DNA from: an uncultured Acidobacteriota bacterium
GTDB taxonomy: Bacteria > Acidobacteriota > Thermoanaerobaculia > Multivoradales > JAHEKO01
DNA: 64,000 nucleotides
Assembly (NCBI GenBank): GCA_963713825.1
Contig: CAVQNG010000003.1
Coordinates: 1,088,001-1,152,000 of the forward strand
Direction of reading: 5' to 3'
The position numbers and the translations under genes are program-made. This document shows positions 39,485 through 51,432 of the stretch, piece by piece. Each line of letters opens with the position of its first letter. Within the stretch, counting starts at the first letter, position 1. Under the pieces are notes generated by a model. It did not search any database, was not told the origin of the DNA, and saw only the letters and a list, made by a program, of their open reading frames with translations.

Positions 39485-39730
39485 ATGAGCAAACGGCGAG
39501 CGTCGACACGGTTGGCCGGACTCGGGTTCGAGCTGGCAGGTGCAGTCGCCGGCTTCGCCCTGGTGGGCTACTGGGTTGGCAAGTACTACGGTAACCCAGA
39601 GCTCGGGCTATTGATCGGGTCCCTGTTGGGGCTGTTGGGTGGAATGTACAATCTCATTCGCGTCACCCTGGCCTCGCAGCGTGACTCGACAGCGCGAGAG
39701 CGGAAATCGGACAGCCAATCGGATGCCTGA
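39485..39730 (+). CDS. atpZ: AtpZ/AtpI family protein
   Basis: GFELAG...GYWVG.YYG..LG...G..GMYNLI two-TM pattern at the head of the atp operon. Confidence 0.8.
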   Translation: MSKRRASTRLAGLGFELAGAVAGFALVGYWVGKYYGNPELGLLIGSLLGLLGGMYNLIRVTLASQRDSTARERKSDSQSDA

Positions 39731-40130
39731 GGCCGGACGGTCGACAGCGAGTCGGTCCTACGCGCAGTTCGTGCTGCTGCTGGTGGTAGTGGTGGCGGGG
39801 TTGCTGGCCATCGGGTGGCTGCCGACGCGCAACCTGGGCGGGTCCGAAGCGGTCTCCGGAATGCTCTGGGGTTGTGGCTTGAGCCTGCTGGCTTCCATCG
39901 TCGGTGGCCTGCCGCAGGTCGCGTTCGGAGGCCGGGCACCGCGAGACCAGGGCATTGCCGCCCTGTTGTCGCTGGCGATCAGGATGGGACTGACACTCAT
40001 GGGAGCCCTGGTCGCGGTGTTGACGGGTCTGGTGGCTCCGCAGGCGTTCTTGCTCTGGGTAGGAATCAGTTACGTAAGTCTTCTGGTGGTGGATGTGCTG
40101 TTCGTCTTGGCCACTACCCGAGAGAAATAG
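39723..40130 (+). CDS. atpI: ATP synthase protein I-like (4 TM)
   Basis: Four hydrophobic helices; position between atpZ and atpB. Confidence 0.6.
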   Translation: MPEAGRSTASRSYAQFVLLLVVVVAGLLAIGWLPTRNLGGSEAVSGMLWGCGLSLLASIVGGLPQVAFGGRAPRDQGIAALLSLAIRMGLTLMGALVAVLTGLVAPQAFLLWVGISYVSLLVVDVLFVLATTREK

Positions 40131-40147
40131 GTGAGGCAGAATCGATC

Positions 40148-41011
40148 ATGTCAACCGGTTCGAATCCACTAAGTCACGTCGTTCAGCACCCCATCAAGAC
40201 GGTGCCAGCCGATCTGGGACCGTTGACTCCGCAAGGAGAGATCACGGTGATGAGCGATCAGATCGCCATGATTCTCGGGGCGGGCCTGTTGCTCATGGTG
40301 TTTTTGCCGCTCCTGTTGCGGCGCCGGGATGACTCATCGCTGGAGAGCATGGTTCCGACCGGCTTCGCCAATGTGATCGAGACCATCTGCCAGTATCTGC
40401 GTCAGGAAGTGGCCGAGCCGGCCCTCGGGCCCTACACCGATCGCTTCATCAAGTACATCTGGAGCGTCTTCTTCTTCATCCTGACCATGAATCTTCTGGG
40501 GCTGATGCCCATTCCGGCAGTCACCTCGTTGGTCGGCCGCTGGCCGATCGGTGGCACTGCGACCTCGAATATCTGGGTCACGGGCACGCTGGCCATCACC
40601 ACGCTGATCATGATGGTCTTCAATGGCCTGCGGATCGGAGGCAAGGACTATCTGGCCCACCTCTGCCCGGGTCCGCTCTGGTTGGCACCGATCCTGGTGC
40701 CGGTCGAGTTGCTGGGGATGCTCGCCAAGACCTTTGCCCTGGCGGTGCGGCTTTTCGCCAACATGGTGGCTGGTCACACCCTGTTGGCAGTCTTGTTGGG
40801 TTTCATCCTGAGTGCTGGCGCCGCTGCAGGGGCCGCTGTTGGGTTTGCGGTCGCCGTACCGGTCGTGCTGGGAAGTGTCGCCATCAGCATGCTCGAGATC
40901 TTCGTCGCCTTTTTGCAGGCGTTCATCTTTACCTTCTTGACGACGTTGTTTATCGGCATGTCCATCGTCTTCCACCACGACGAGGAGCATCATGAAGAGG
41001 CGCACGTCTAG
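40148..41011 (+). CDS. atpB: F0 subunit a
   Basis: NLLGLMP, TATSNI..T..LA, ALAVRLFANMVAGH (essential Arg), LQAFIF..L. Confidence 0.96.
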   Translation: MSTGSNPLSHVVQHPIKTVPADLGPLTPQGEITVMSDQIAMILGAGLLLMVFLPLLLRRRDDSSLESMVPTGFANVIETICQYLRQEVAEPALGPYTDRFIKYIWSVFFFILTMNLLGLMPIPAVTSLVGRWPIGGTATSNIWVTGTLAITTLIMMVFNGLRIGGKDYLAHLCPGPLWLAPILVPVELLGMLAKTFALAVRLFANMVAGHTLLAVLLGFILSAGAAAGAAVGFAVAVPVVLGSVAISMLEIFVAFLQAFIFTFLTTLFIGMSIVFHHDEEHHEEAHV

Positions 41012-41170
41012 ATTCGTTGGGCGTCCGCAGAATTGATAGGAGCAATGACACACTTCGCCAGGCCCGATGGACAAGCGGGGGTTCCGGGCACAAGCGCCTG
41101 TCGGCGCTGGCGATAGCGAACCGGCGACCGTCCCCGCACGGTCGTCAAAGTAACGAGGGGAACGTTTCCA

Positions 41171-41506
41171 ATGAGTAAAAGGTTCTCGAAAATTGCGCTG
41201 GGTCTGATGATTGCCGGGCTCGTTCTGATGTTCACTCCGGCAGCCTGGGCCGCAGATGGCGGTGAAGCAGGTGCGACGTTCTTGACGACGGACGGTGCCC
41301 GCAAGCTGGGTGGCGCCATCGGTGCCGGCCTGGTCATCATGGGTGGCGCCGCGGGTATCTCAAGAATCGGTGCCAGCGCCGTAGAGTCGATGGCCCGCCA
41401 GCCGGAAGCCGCCGGCCAGATCAACACTGCCATGATCATCACCGCGGCACTGATCGAAGGTGCGACCCTGTTCGCGGTCGTGGTGACGCTACTCGCTGTC
41501 TTCTAG
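41171..41506 (+). CDS. atpE: F0 subunit c with N-terminal signal-like extension
   Basis: GAGL..GG..G, ARQPE loop, ALIEG (H+-binding Glu). Confidence 0.96.
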   Translation: MSKRFSKIALGLMIAGLVLMFTPAAWAADGGEAGATFLTTDGARKLGGAIGAGLVIMGGAAGISRIGASAVESMARQPEAAGQINTAMIITAALIEGATLFAVVVTLLAVF

Positions 41507-41627
41507 TTCGAGTGGCAGAGCAGCCGAATGGCTGGTGGCAAGCTCGAGGCAATCGGCTTGGGCCCGGGGTCGGGTCGAGCGAGGTCTTCTCGGGCGAGAG
41601 CCAGCCGGTATGTGAGGTGATACGACC

Positions 41628-42212
41628 ATGATGCGACGAGTCTGGCTGAGTAGCGCTGTCGCGGGCCTGATGTTCTCAGGGCTCGCGCGGGCGTCCGAAA
41701 GCGGGGGAGAGGTGAACCTCTTCGCCGGTGATCTCGGCAACGCCATCTGGACCTTGGTGATCTTCATCCTGGTGATTGTCGTCCTCGGCAAGTTCGCCTG
41801 GGGTCCGCTTCTGAGTGCCCTGCAACAGAGGGAGCAGTTCATCCGCAGCTCGCTGCAGGAAGCGAAGGACGATCGCGAGGCCGCGGAGGCTCGGCTCCAG
41901 GAGTACGAGGCGAGATTGCAAAAGGCCACGGCCGAGGCAACGCAGATCGTCGAGCAGGGACGCCAGGATGCAGACAAGGCGAAGGGGCGTATCGAAGAGA
42001 CGGCGCGAACCGAGGCCGACAAGATGCTGGACCGTGCCAAACGGGAGATCGACCTGGCCAGGCAATCGGCCATCAAGGATCTCTACGCGACCAGCGCCGA
42101 GCTGGCGACCGACATCGCTGGGAAGGTGCTCAAACGGGAGATGTCCCCCAAGGACCACGAGCGCCTCATCCAGGAGTCCATCGAAGAGTTGAACCGACAG
42201 GATGGGAACTGA
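41628..42212 (+). CDS. atpF: F0 subunit b
   Basis: WTLVIF...LGKFAWGPL..AL..RE..I..SL, coiled coil. Confidence 0.95.
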   Translation: MMRRVWLSSAVAGLMFSGLARASESGGEVNLFAGDLGNAIWTLVIFILVIVVLGKFAWGPLLSALQQREQFIRSSLQEAKDDREAAEARLQEYEARLQKATAEATQIVEQGRQDADKAKGRIEETARTEADKMLDRAKREIDLARQSAIKDLYATSAELATDIAGKVLKREMSPKDHERLIQESIEELNRQDGN

Positions 42213-42837
42213 CGTTGCCGTGAGCGACCAACTGAAGCCGAACGAGCAGGAGATCGCCCTGGCTCGCATCTATGCGCGGTCAGCGTTCAAGCTGGCCGAT
42301 GAGCAGGGTGCCGCCCAGAGCCTCGAGGACGAGCTCGAGGAGTTGGTGAAGCAGCTCGATCGCGAGCCGGCTCTGGAGAGGTTCCTGAGCTCTCCCCTGG
42401 TGGAGGTGAGTGAACGACAGCGGATGCTCGACCGTCTGTTGCAGGGGCATATGAGCGAGATCCTGCTGGATACCCTGCAGGTCATGAACAGGAAAGGTCG
42501 CTCGGGGCTGGTTCGGGCGTTGGCCGAGGCCTACCGGCAGGAGCTCGAGGAGCGCACCGGACGTGTGACGGTGAGCGTTCGAACGGCTGTTGCCCTGACC
42601 GAGAACCTGCGCCAGCAGTTGATGGAGGCGACGTCCCGGTTCTCCGGTCGCGAGGCCTCTCTGGTGGAGACCGTAGACCAGTCGCTCATCGGGGGCATGG
42701 TGCTCCTGGTCGGTGACCAGAAGGTCGATTCCAGCGTCGCCAAAGAGTTGCGACAACTCGAGACCCGGTTCCTGGACAGAGCATCACGGGAGAGCCAGAA
42801 CGACGAAGCCTATATTGTGGAATCGTCGAGTGAGTAG
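42202..42837 (+). CDS. atpH: F1 subunit delta
   Basis: ARIYARS.F, VD.SLIGG..L.VGD..VDSSV. Confidence 0.93.
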   Translation: MGTDVAVSDQLKPNEQEIALARIYARSAFKLADEQGAAQSLEDELEELVKQLDREPALERFLSSPLVEVSERQRMLDRLLQGHMSEILLDTLQVMNRKGRSGLVRALAEAYRQELEERTGRVTVSVRTAVALTENLRQQLMEATSRFSGREASLVETVDQSLIGGMVLLVGDQKVDSSVAKELRQLETRFLDRASRESQNDEAYIVESSSE

Positions 42838-42877
42838 CGGGAGCCGGAGCTGTGTCAATTGAATCAGGGGTAACGCG

Positions 42878-44590
42878 ATGAAGTTCAAAGTAGACGAAAT
42901 CTCGTCTGTAATCACCGAAGAGATCCAAAACTTTCGACACGAGGTCGATCTCTCCGAAGTGGGCCGGGTGTTGGAAGTCGGCGACGGTATCGCGCGGGTC
43001 TATGGCTTGAGTAACGCCATGGCCGGCGAACAGGTGGAGTTCTCCAACGGACAGTTCGGCCAGGTCTTCAATTTGGAACAGAGCTCGGTCGGTGTGCCAA
43101 TCTTCGGTGAGTATCTGGATATCAAAGAGGGTAGCGAGGTTCGACGCACTGGGCAGTTACTGAGCGTGCCCTGTGGCGAGCCATTGATCGGGCGGGTGGT
43201 CGATCCACTCGGCCGGCCGCTCGATGGCAAGGGCGCCATCGAGACCGAGCATCGCCGCCCCCTGGAGTACAAGGCTCCAGGGATCGCAGCTCGCCAACCG
43301 GTGAACGAGCCGCTGCAGACCGGTCTCAAGGCCATCGACAGCATGATCCCCATCGGCCGTGGTCAGCGAGAGCTCATCATCGGTGACCGCCGCACAGGCA
43401 AGACCGCCGTTGCCATCGACACCATCATCAATCAGAAGGGTGGCAACGTGGTTTGCGTCTACGTCGCGGTTGGGCAGAAGGAATCGACGGTCGTCGGCGT
43501 GGTCGAGAAGTTGGCGGAGGCAGGTGCCATGGACTACACCATCGTGGTCTCGGCTTCCGCTGCGGATCCGGCCCCCCTGCAGTACATCGCTCCCTATGCC
43601 GGAGCGGCAATGGCCGAGTACTTCATGTACAACGAGGGACGTGCGACCCTGGTGGTTTACGACGATCTTTCAAAGCAGGCGCAGGCCTACCGGCAGCTGT
43701 CTCTACTGTTGCGTCGCCCACCGGGGCGTGAGGCCTATCCTGGTGACGTCTTCTACCTGCACTCGCGACTGCTCGAGCGGGCGGTGAAGCTGCGCGACGA
43801 GTTTGCCGTCGTTCCAGCCGACACACCGGACGATTCCATCGACCGCTCGTTGGCAGTCAAGCCGCCGGCAGGCGAGGAGTTGCCTGAAGAGTTTCGGCCA
43901 GACAACCCGCAGGGTCTCTACTTCCGTCCCGAGGGAAGAGAGCGCGCCGAGGCCTGGCTAGAGAGCCTGCCCGACAAGGACAGGTACCGTGTCCACAAGT
44001 TCCGTAACAGTGGCGGGTCGATGACCGCGCTGCCCATCATCGAGACCCTCGAGGGCGAAGTCTCGGCCTACATTCCCACCAACGTGATCTCCATCACCGA
44101 TGGTCAGATCTATCTCGAGCCCGACCTGTTCTTCGCCGGTGTTCGGCCGGCGGTGAATGTGGGCATCAGCGTGTCGCGAGTCGGTGGTAACGCTCAGGTC
44201 AAGGCAATGAAGAAGATCGCGGGCTCACTGCGGCTGGATCTGGCGGCATTTCGCGAGTTGGAAGCATTCTCCCAGTTGGGATCGGACTTGGACGCATCGA
44301 CGCAACGGCAGCTCGATCGTGGCTATCGCATGGTGGAACTGCTCAAGCAGCCGCAGTACGACCCCTTCCCGGTGGAAGAGCAGATCGTCAGCGTTTATGC
44401 CGGTGCCAAGGGATTCATGGATGACTTGCCGGTGAGCCGGGTTGGGGAGTTCGAGACCGGGTTGTTGCAGTACATCCGAGATCAGAAGCCGGAGATTCTG
44501 CAAGAGCTCATCGACACAGGCGTGATGTCGGACAGTGTCGCCGAGGCGATCGAGCAGGCCGCCATTGCTACGAAATCGAAAATGGGTTGA
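42878..44590 (+). CDS. atpA: F1 subunit alpha (with ~68-aa internal insertion)
   Basis: [39 protein letters not shown]. Confidence 0.98.
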   Translation: MKFKVDEISSVITEEIQNFRHEVDLSEVGRVLEVGDGIARVYGLSNAMAGEQVEFSNGQFGQVFNLEQSSVGVPIFGEYLDIKEGSEVRRTGQLLSVPCGEPLIGRVVDPLGRPLDGKGAIETEHRRPLEYKAPGIAARQPVNEPLQTGLKAIDSMIPIGRGQRELIIGDRRTGKTAVAIDTIINQKGGNVVCVYVAVGQKESTVVGVVEKLAEAGAMDYTIVVSASAADPAPLQYIAPYAGAAMAEYFMYNEGRATLVVYDDLSKQAQAYRQLSLLLRRPPGREAYPGDVFYLHSRLLERAVKLRDEFAVVPADTPDDSIDRSLAVKPPAGEELPEEFRPDNPQGLYFRPEGRERAEAWLESLPDKDRYRVHKFRNSGGSMTALPIIETLEGEVSAYIPTNVISITDGQIYLEPDLFFAGVRPAVNVGISVSRVGGNAQVKAMKKIAGSLRLDLAAFRELEAFSQLGSDLDASTQRQLDRGYRMVELLKQPQYDPFPVEEQIVSVYAGAKGFMDDLPVSRVGEFETGLLQYIRDQKPEILQELIDTGVMSDSVAEAIEQAAIATKSKMG

Positions 44591-44602
44591 GTCGAGTGAT
44601 CC

Positions 44603-46973
<2,371 letters not shown>

Positions 46974-46997
46974 CAGGACCCTGGAGCTCGAAATTTA

Positions 46998-47396
46998 ATG
47001 GCATCCTCCGAAACCTTCCACTGCAGTGTCGTTACCCCCGAGAGGGCGGTGCTGGAATGTGAGGCGAAGTTCGTCGCCTTGCCGGCGTGGGACGGCGAGG
47101 TCGGTATTCTCACCGGTCGCGCTCCGCTACTCTGCAAGCTCGGAATCGGTCGACTCAGGATCGAGGCCGCAGAAGGGAAGCACGTTCTCTTCGTGGACGG
47201 CGGCTTTGCCGAGATGCTCGACGGTCAGCTGACCATCCTCACCGAAGACGCGCGGGCGCCTGAAGAACTGGATCGACAGGCTGCCAGCTCGGACCTGGAT
47301 ACTGCTCGCTCCCTGACCGTCACAGACGACGCTTCCTTCGAAGCCCGTCAGAAGGCCATCCAGAGAGCCCGGACTCAGCTACGCCTGGCGGACTGA
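46998..47396 (+). CDS. atpC: F1 subunit epsilon
   Basis: VVTPE, GEVGIL.G, VDGGFAE, C-terminal helical hairpin. Confidence 0.93.
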   Translation: MASSETFHCSVVTPERAVLECEAKFVALPAWDGEVGILTGRAPLLCKLGIGRLRIEAAEGKHVLFVDGGFAEMLDGQLTILTEDARAPEELDRQAASSDLDTARSLTVTDDASFEARQKAIQRARTQLRLAD

Positions 47397-47427
47397 GGGC
47401 AGGGCTACCGCGGAGGTAGGCCCGGTC

Positions 47428-48027
47428 ATGTCCTCCGAGTACGACCCGATTCGTCCAGCACCAGGTACGCCGGGGCAAGACCCGAGCCTGGACATCGTTC
47501 GGCAACACTTCGAGACCGCCGCGGGGCCCTACCTGGCCAGGCCCTGGTCGTGGTTGGTCTGGTCCCTCATTCTGCCCGCTGCCGCACTGCTGACGCCGGT
47601 GGTTCTCGAGACCTGGAATTGGCTCGGAGTTCTCTTCTTTTGGTCAGCCTGCGTCATCTTGGGAGGAGCGTTCGAGGCCTTTCAAATCATGAAAGGCAGG
47701 CGGGAGGGCGGTACCACGACGCTGGCTACCTGGGTGCTGCGTGCTCAGGGCAATCTCTCACTGGTGGCTCTACTCCTGTCGATCGTAGCTCTCTGGCAGG
47801 GACTAGCGTGGACGCTGCCAGGCCTGTGGCTGTTACTGCTGGGTCACTCGCTCTTCACGCTGGGTGGTCTCGCCAGCCACGCGATGCGCACTGCCGGCCG
47901 CCTCTATCAGGTCGGTGGCCTCCTGGCGCTGCTACCTCACGGGCAGGGGCTGCTTTGCTTCGCAGCCGCGACCTTCCTCGGCAACCTCTGGATCGCTCTG
48001 TCGATCTGGCGCCGAGAAAGGCCTTGA
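47428..48027 (+). CDS. Hypothetical integral membrane protein
   Basis: GGAGG RBS, about 6 hydrophobic segments. Confidence 0.65.
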   Translation: MSSEYDPIRPAPGTPGQDPSLDIVRQHFETAAGPYLARPWSWLVWSLILPAAALLTPVVLETWNWLGVLFFWSACVILGGAFEAFQIMKGRREGGTTTLATWVLRAQGNLSLVALLLSIVALWQGLAWTLPGLWLLLLGHSLFTLGGLASHAMRTAGRLYQVGGLLALLPHGQGLLCFAAATFLGNLWIALSIWRRERP

Positions 48028-48030
48028 GGG

Positions 48031-48453
48031 TTGAGGCGGCCGATCGAACCAGGGATCTCCCTCGTCTGCGGCCTCACCCGCTACGCCCTTAAGCCCCTAA
48101 GCCCCTACTACCCTCACCGGTGCCAGAGGTTCGTTCGGGTGGTTCGACAGTGGGTGCCGAGTCGAGCGCAGCGCAAGGGCCATCAAAGAGCGATACAGAT
48201 GGGGCGCGATGGCGAGACAAGGTGGCGGCCCGCCTGGATGTAGGGGAGGGGCTTGCCCCCTCCCGCGGGAGCCCGCAAGGGGCTCCCCTACAATGCCGAC
48301 GCCGTCCCCCTGTGAACCACCCGGACGGACCTTTACGAGAAGATCGTTGTCTGTTCAAGCCCCAAGCCCCCAAAGAACGCCCAGCGGAGAGCTGGGTGCC
48401 TCAAACCTCACTGCCTCAAAGACCGGCCGAAGGAACGCCGGACGCCTCACCCC
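48031..48453. repeat. Composite intergenic repeat B: module Y (48031-48080), octamers (48081-48108), module Z (48127-48332) with nested REP, inverted module X (48355-48453)
   Basis: Direct and inverted matches to 37220-37660. Confidence 0.85.
48239..48292. repeat. GTAG-type REP doublet (REPIN-like)
   Basis: TGTAGGGGAGGGGCTTGCCCCCTCCC-GC-GGGAGCCCGCAAGGGGCTCCCCTACA: two inverted GTAG-started hairpins. Confidence 0.8.
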
Positions 48454-48472
48454 CCGACGGACGCGAACGAAG

Positions 48473-49156
48473 TTAGCGTTTGGAGTACTCGACTCGTGAC
48501 TTGCTGAGCAGGTCGCTCAGATAGGTGCCCTTGAGAGTCAGGACGAGGGGCAGGCCGAAGGTGACGACTGTGAGCAGTCCTGCCAGCCAGCGCCAGGCCG
48601 TCTGTCCGAAGCTCAAAGAGCGACCGCCGAGGCTCTTGGCCCGAAGGCCCTGCCAGGCCATTCCCGGCGTTCGGCCCCAAAAAGCCAGCGGGAAGACACA
48701 GTAGAGGAAAGAGAAAGTCGTCAAGAAGAGCGCCATCGGCGCCCAGGGTAGGGGAGTCAGAGCGACACCCATCAGGGCGACACAGACGACAGCCGAGACG
48801 GCGACAGCGAGTACGACCCCGAGGTCGGCGAGGCCAGCGACCAGGCGCGCTCGGGGGAGGTCCACATCGTCGATCTCTGGCTCGTTCTCTTTCTCGGGCG
48901 GGCCCTCGACCTTCTCTGGCTCGAGTCTCGGCTCTAGTGGGGAAGCCTCCCCCTCTGGCTCCTCCTGGAACAGCATTCGCAGCTCCTCGGATGGCCTGAC
49001 TGCGCTGGCGACCTTCTCTTCGGACGGCTTGGCGGGAGGAGTCTCGACTCTCGCGGGCTCAGAAGGAGTCACCACCCTCTTGGGCGGTTCCTCAGTGTGC
49101 AAGGGCAGGTCGTCGAAGAGGCCGGGATCGTCCGGTGTGCTCGGGCTGGAGCTCAT
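48473..49156 (-). CDS. RDD family membrane protein with Pro/Glu-rich N-terminus
   Basis: RLVAGLAD, GRTPGM...LR, final SDLLSKS.V. Confidence 0.82.
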   Translation of the reverse strand: MSSSPSTPDDPGLFDDLPLHTEEPPKRVVTPSEPARVETPPAKPSEEKVASAVRPSEELRMLFQEEPEGEASPLEPRLEPEKVEGPPEKENEPEIDDVDLPRARLVAGLADLGVVLAVAVSAVVCVALMGVALTPLPWAPMALFLTTFSFLYCVFPLAFWGRTPGMAWQGLRAKSLGGRSLSFGQTAWRWLAGLLTVVTFGLPLVLTLKGTYLSDLLSKSRVEYSKR

Positions 49157-49157
49157 C

Positions 49158-51317
49158 TCAACGGAAGGGATGGTACTTCACGAAGACCCTGTAGAGCAGG
49201 TCCGAGGGTCGCTGCTTGTAGGCGGAGGCGAAGGCGGCGAGGCGCTGCAACTCGACATCGTCGGGCGCCAGGCCAAGCGCTTCTTCGAACTTCTCGAATG
49301 CGGTCACGGGATCGCCGCGCTGCAAATCACGAAGACCGAGATTGAAATAGCAATCGACCATCAGGCGGGTGATGTCCTTGTTGCCAGGGTGCTCTTCGCG
49401 CAGGCGCCAGAGGTTGGGTAGCGCGTACTCCCAGTCTCCTTGCCGGAAGAGCTTCAACGGCTCCTCGACGACTTCGAGCTGGGCGGTGATCTCGTCTCTC
49501 AAGGCCAGGTCGTCAGGCTCTAGCGGAGCGATTGCCTCCGCCGAATCCAGCAGAGCGGACGCCACGATGTTCTCGTTGTTTCCAAGCGCTTCGCGGACTG
49601 CCGCCAGGAGCTCGCCTTGGTAGACGAGCTCATCGTCTGTGGGCTCGACCGCCTCGCCTTCTGCGGCTTCGACAGCTCGCTCCTCCCACTGCGCGATCAG
49701 AGTCTGTGCCTGGGCATACTGGGGGTGATCGGGTGCCAGGCGGCGGAGCTGTGCTACGGCCAGGGCTGTATTGCCCGCTTCATGCAGCTGCGTGGCCTTC
49801 GTCAAGGGATCGGTTCTCTCGACAGGGACAGCCGTCTGCTCGGTTTCCGAATTTGGGAAGACCTGATCGCGTCGCGAGTACAGGTACCACCCGATTGCCA
49901 GAACCGCCAGCAGCACGAAGGCTCCGATCATCAGGAACTTGCGCTTACCGCCCGCCGCCCTGGACCGTCGGGCCGAGGCATCAGAGCTCGGTCTGGGAGC
50001 CATGTCGGCGTCAGGCAGCGGCGCCAGGTCGATTGGCTCTTCGGCGACCAGGGGATCCTCGCCACCCAGGCCATCGGCGACCGGCAGGTCCTCCAGGGCC
50101 GGAATCGGAGTGGCACCCGGCTCTGCCGCCGCGTCGGTCTCGCCTCCGTCGATCTTCTCGAGGTACTCGGTCGCACCGAGATGGCCCGCCTGCATCTCGA
50201 GGACTTTGTTGAATGCCTCGCGCGCGGCGTCGGCTTCGCCCGCCTCGAAGTGCGAGATTCCTTCGTGAAAGGCCTCCTCGATCTGGCGTTCGACCTCGGC
50301 TTTGAGCTTTCGGGCCAGCTCGATCCGTCGGCTGGCCTCGGCATGGTCGATATCGATCAGGAAGATCCTCGACCAGGCATCGATAGCCGATTGGTACTCG
50401 CCCTTCTCAAACGCGACCTGGCCTTCCTTGAGGAGGTCGTCGATTCTCTTCTCGCTGTCGGAATCGAGGCTGGCGGAGGGCTCGGAGTCCAACGGTCCAG
50501 GCGTCGGTTCGGGTTCGGCGACGATTGGGGCTGGTACGAAACTCTCTGGGGCGGCCGCAGGCTCGTCACTCGACTCGTCGAGCCAGTCCGCCGTTTCGTC
50601 GGTCACAAGAACGTCGGATGCCGGCTCCGCGATGACCGGCGGCACCACCTCTGTCGGCATCAGCTCGGACTCCAGAGCCAGGATTTCCGGGTGCGTCGAA
50701 TCCAGCTCGCGGGCCTTGCCAAGGAGGGATTGGGCCTTGTCGAGATCACCTCCCGTGTGGGCCTGGCGACTCGATTCGAGAAAGCTGCGCACATAGGGCT
50801 CGGCTTCGAGGCGCGCCTGCGCCGACGCGGCCACATCCCTCAGGTCGGAATCCGCCTCCACGGCCTCTTGGTTCTGCGCGACCAGTTCGAGAATCTGGCC
50901 GAACTGGCGCTGGGAGAAGAGCTCAGCGAAGGTCGAGGCCAGATCGATGGCGGGCTCAGAGACGACCTCGTCGTCCAGGTCCGGTAGCGTGAAATCTCGA
51001 ATGTCGTCTTCGACCTCAGACGCAGCGGGCTCGGAGCTCTCTTCGACCTCTCCTCCGAGTGGCGGCAGGTCCGCATCGAGTGGCGAGGCCGCAAGGGCGA
51101 CGAGATCCTCGATAGCCACATCTGTCCCGCTCTCCTTGAGACGGCCCTGGAGCTTACGGGCCGGTTCGAAGAGCGGATCGAGACGCAAGATGAAATCGCA
51201 TCCCAGCATCGCTTCCTGCACATTGCCCTCTTCGACCAGGGCGATGGTCTGCTGGAAGGTATTGAGGATGCGGTTCTGGATTTCTTGCGAGAGCTTGGCG
51301 TTTCCGGCGTAGCTCAT
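49158..51317 (-). CDS. Single-pass TPR protein with acidic linkers
   Basis: TPR-like blocks (GEYQSAIDAWSRIFLID), one TM helix near aa 465, C-terminal TPRs. Confidence 0.72.
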   Translation of the reverse strand: MSYAGNAKLSQEIQNRILNTFQQTIALVEEGNVQEAMLGCDFILRLDPLFEPARKLQGRLKESGTDVAIEDLVALAASPLDADLPPLGGEVEESSEPAASEVEDDIRDFTLPDLDDEVVSEPAIDLASTFAELFSQRQFGQILELVAQNQEAVEADSDLRDVAASAQARLEAEPYVRSFLESSRQAHTGGDLDKAQSLLGKARELDSTHPEILALESELMPTEVVPPVIAEPASDVLVTDETADWLDESSDEPAAAPESFVPAPIVAEPEPTPGPLDSEPSASLDSDSEKRIDDLLKEGQVAFEKGEYQSAIDAWSRIFLIDIDHAEASRRIELARKLKAEVERQIEEAFHEGISHFEAGEADAAREAFNKVLEMQAGHLGATEYLEKIDGGETDAAAEPGATPIPALEDLPVADGLGGEDPLVAEEPIDLAPLPDADMAPRPSSDASARRSRAAGGKRKFLMIGAFVLLAVLAIGWYLYSRRDQVFPNSETEQTAVPVERTDPLTKATQLHEAGNTALAVAQLRRLAPDHPQYAQAQTLIAQWEERAVEAAEGEAVEPTDDELVYQGELLAAVREALGNNENIVASALLDSAEAIAPLEPDDLALRDEITAQLEVVEEPLKLFRQGDWEYALPNLWRLREEHPGNKDITRLMVDCYFNLGLRDLQRGDPVTAFEKFEEALGLAPDDVELQRLAAFASAYKQRPSDLLYRVFVKYHPFR

Positions 51318-51432
51318 ATTCGAGATCTGAAAGGAGGAGTGTTACAAGTGATTGAATGTGCGAATGTTAGCAGATGGCCAGATGCGCATCCAATCATGGC
51401 TGTGGCAGATTTCGCAGTGCCGATTCGGTGCT

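Noticed and set aside
41045-41116. 23-codon ORF with AGGAG RBS between atpB and atpE
   Set aside because: No recognisable features; more likely part of the atpE translation-control leader.
43793-44011. Mini-intein in AtpA
   Set aside because: Too short, and lacks the Cys/Ser start and His-Asn/C,S,T end.
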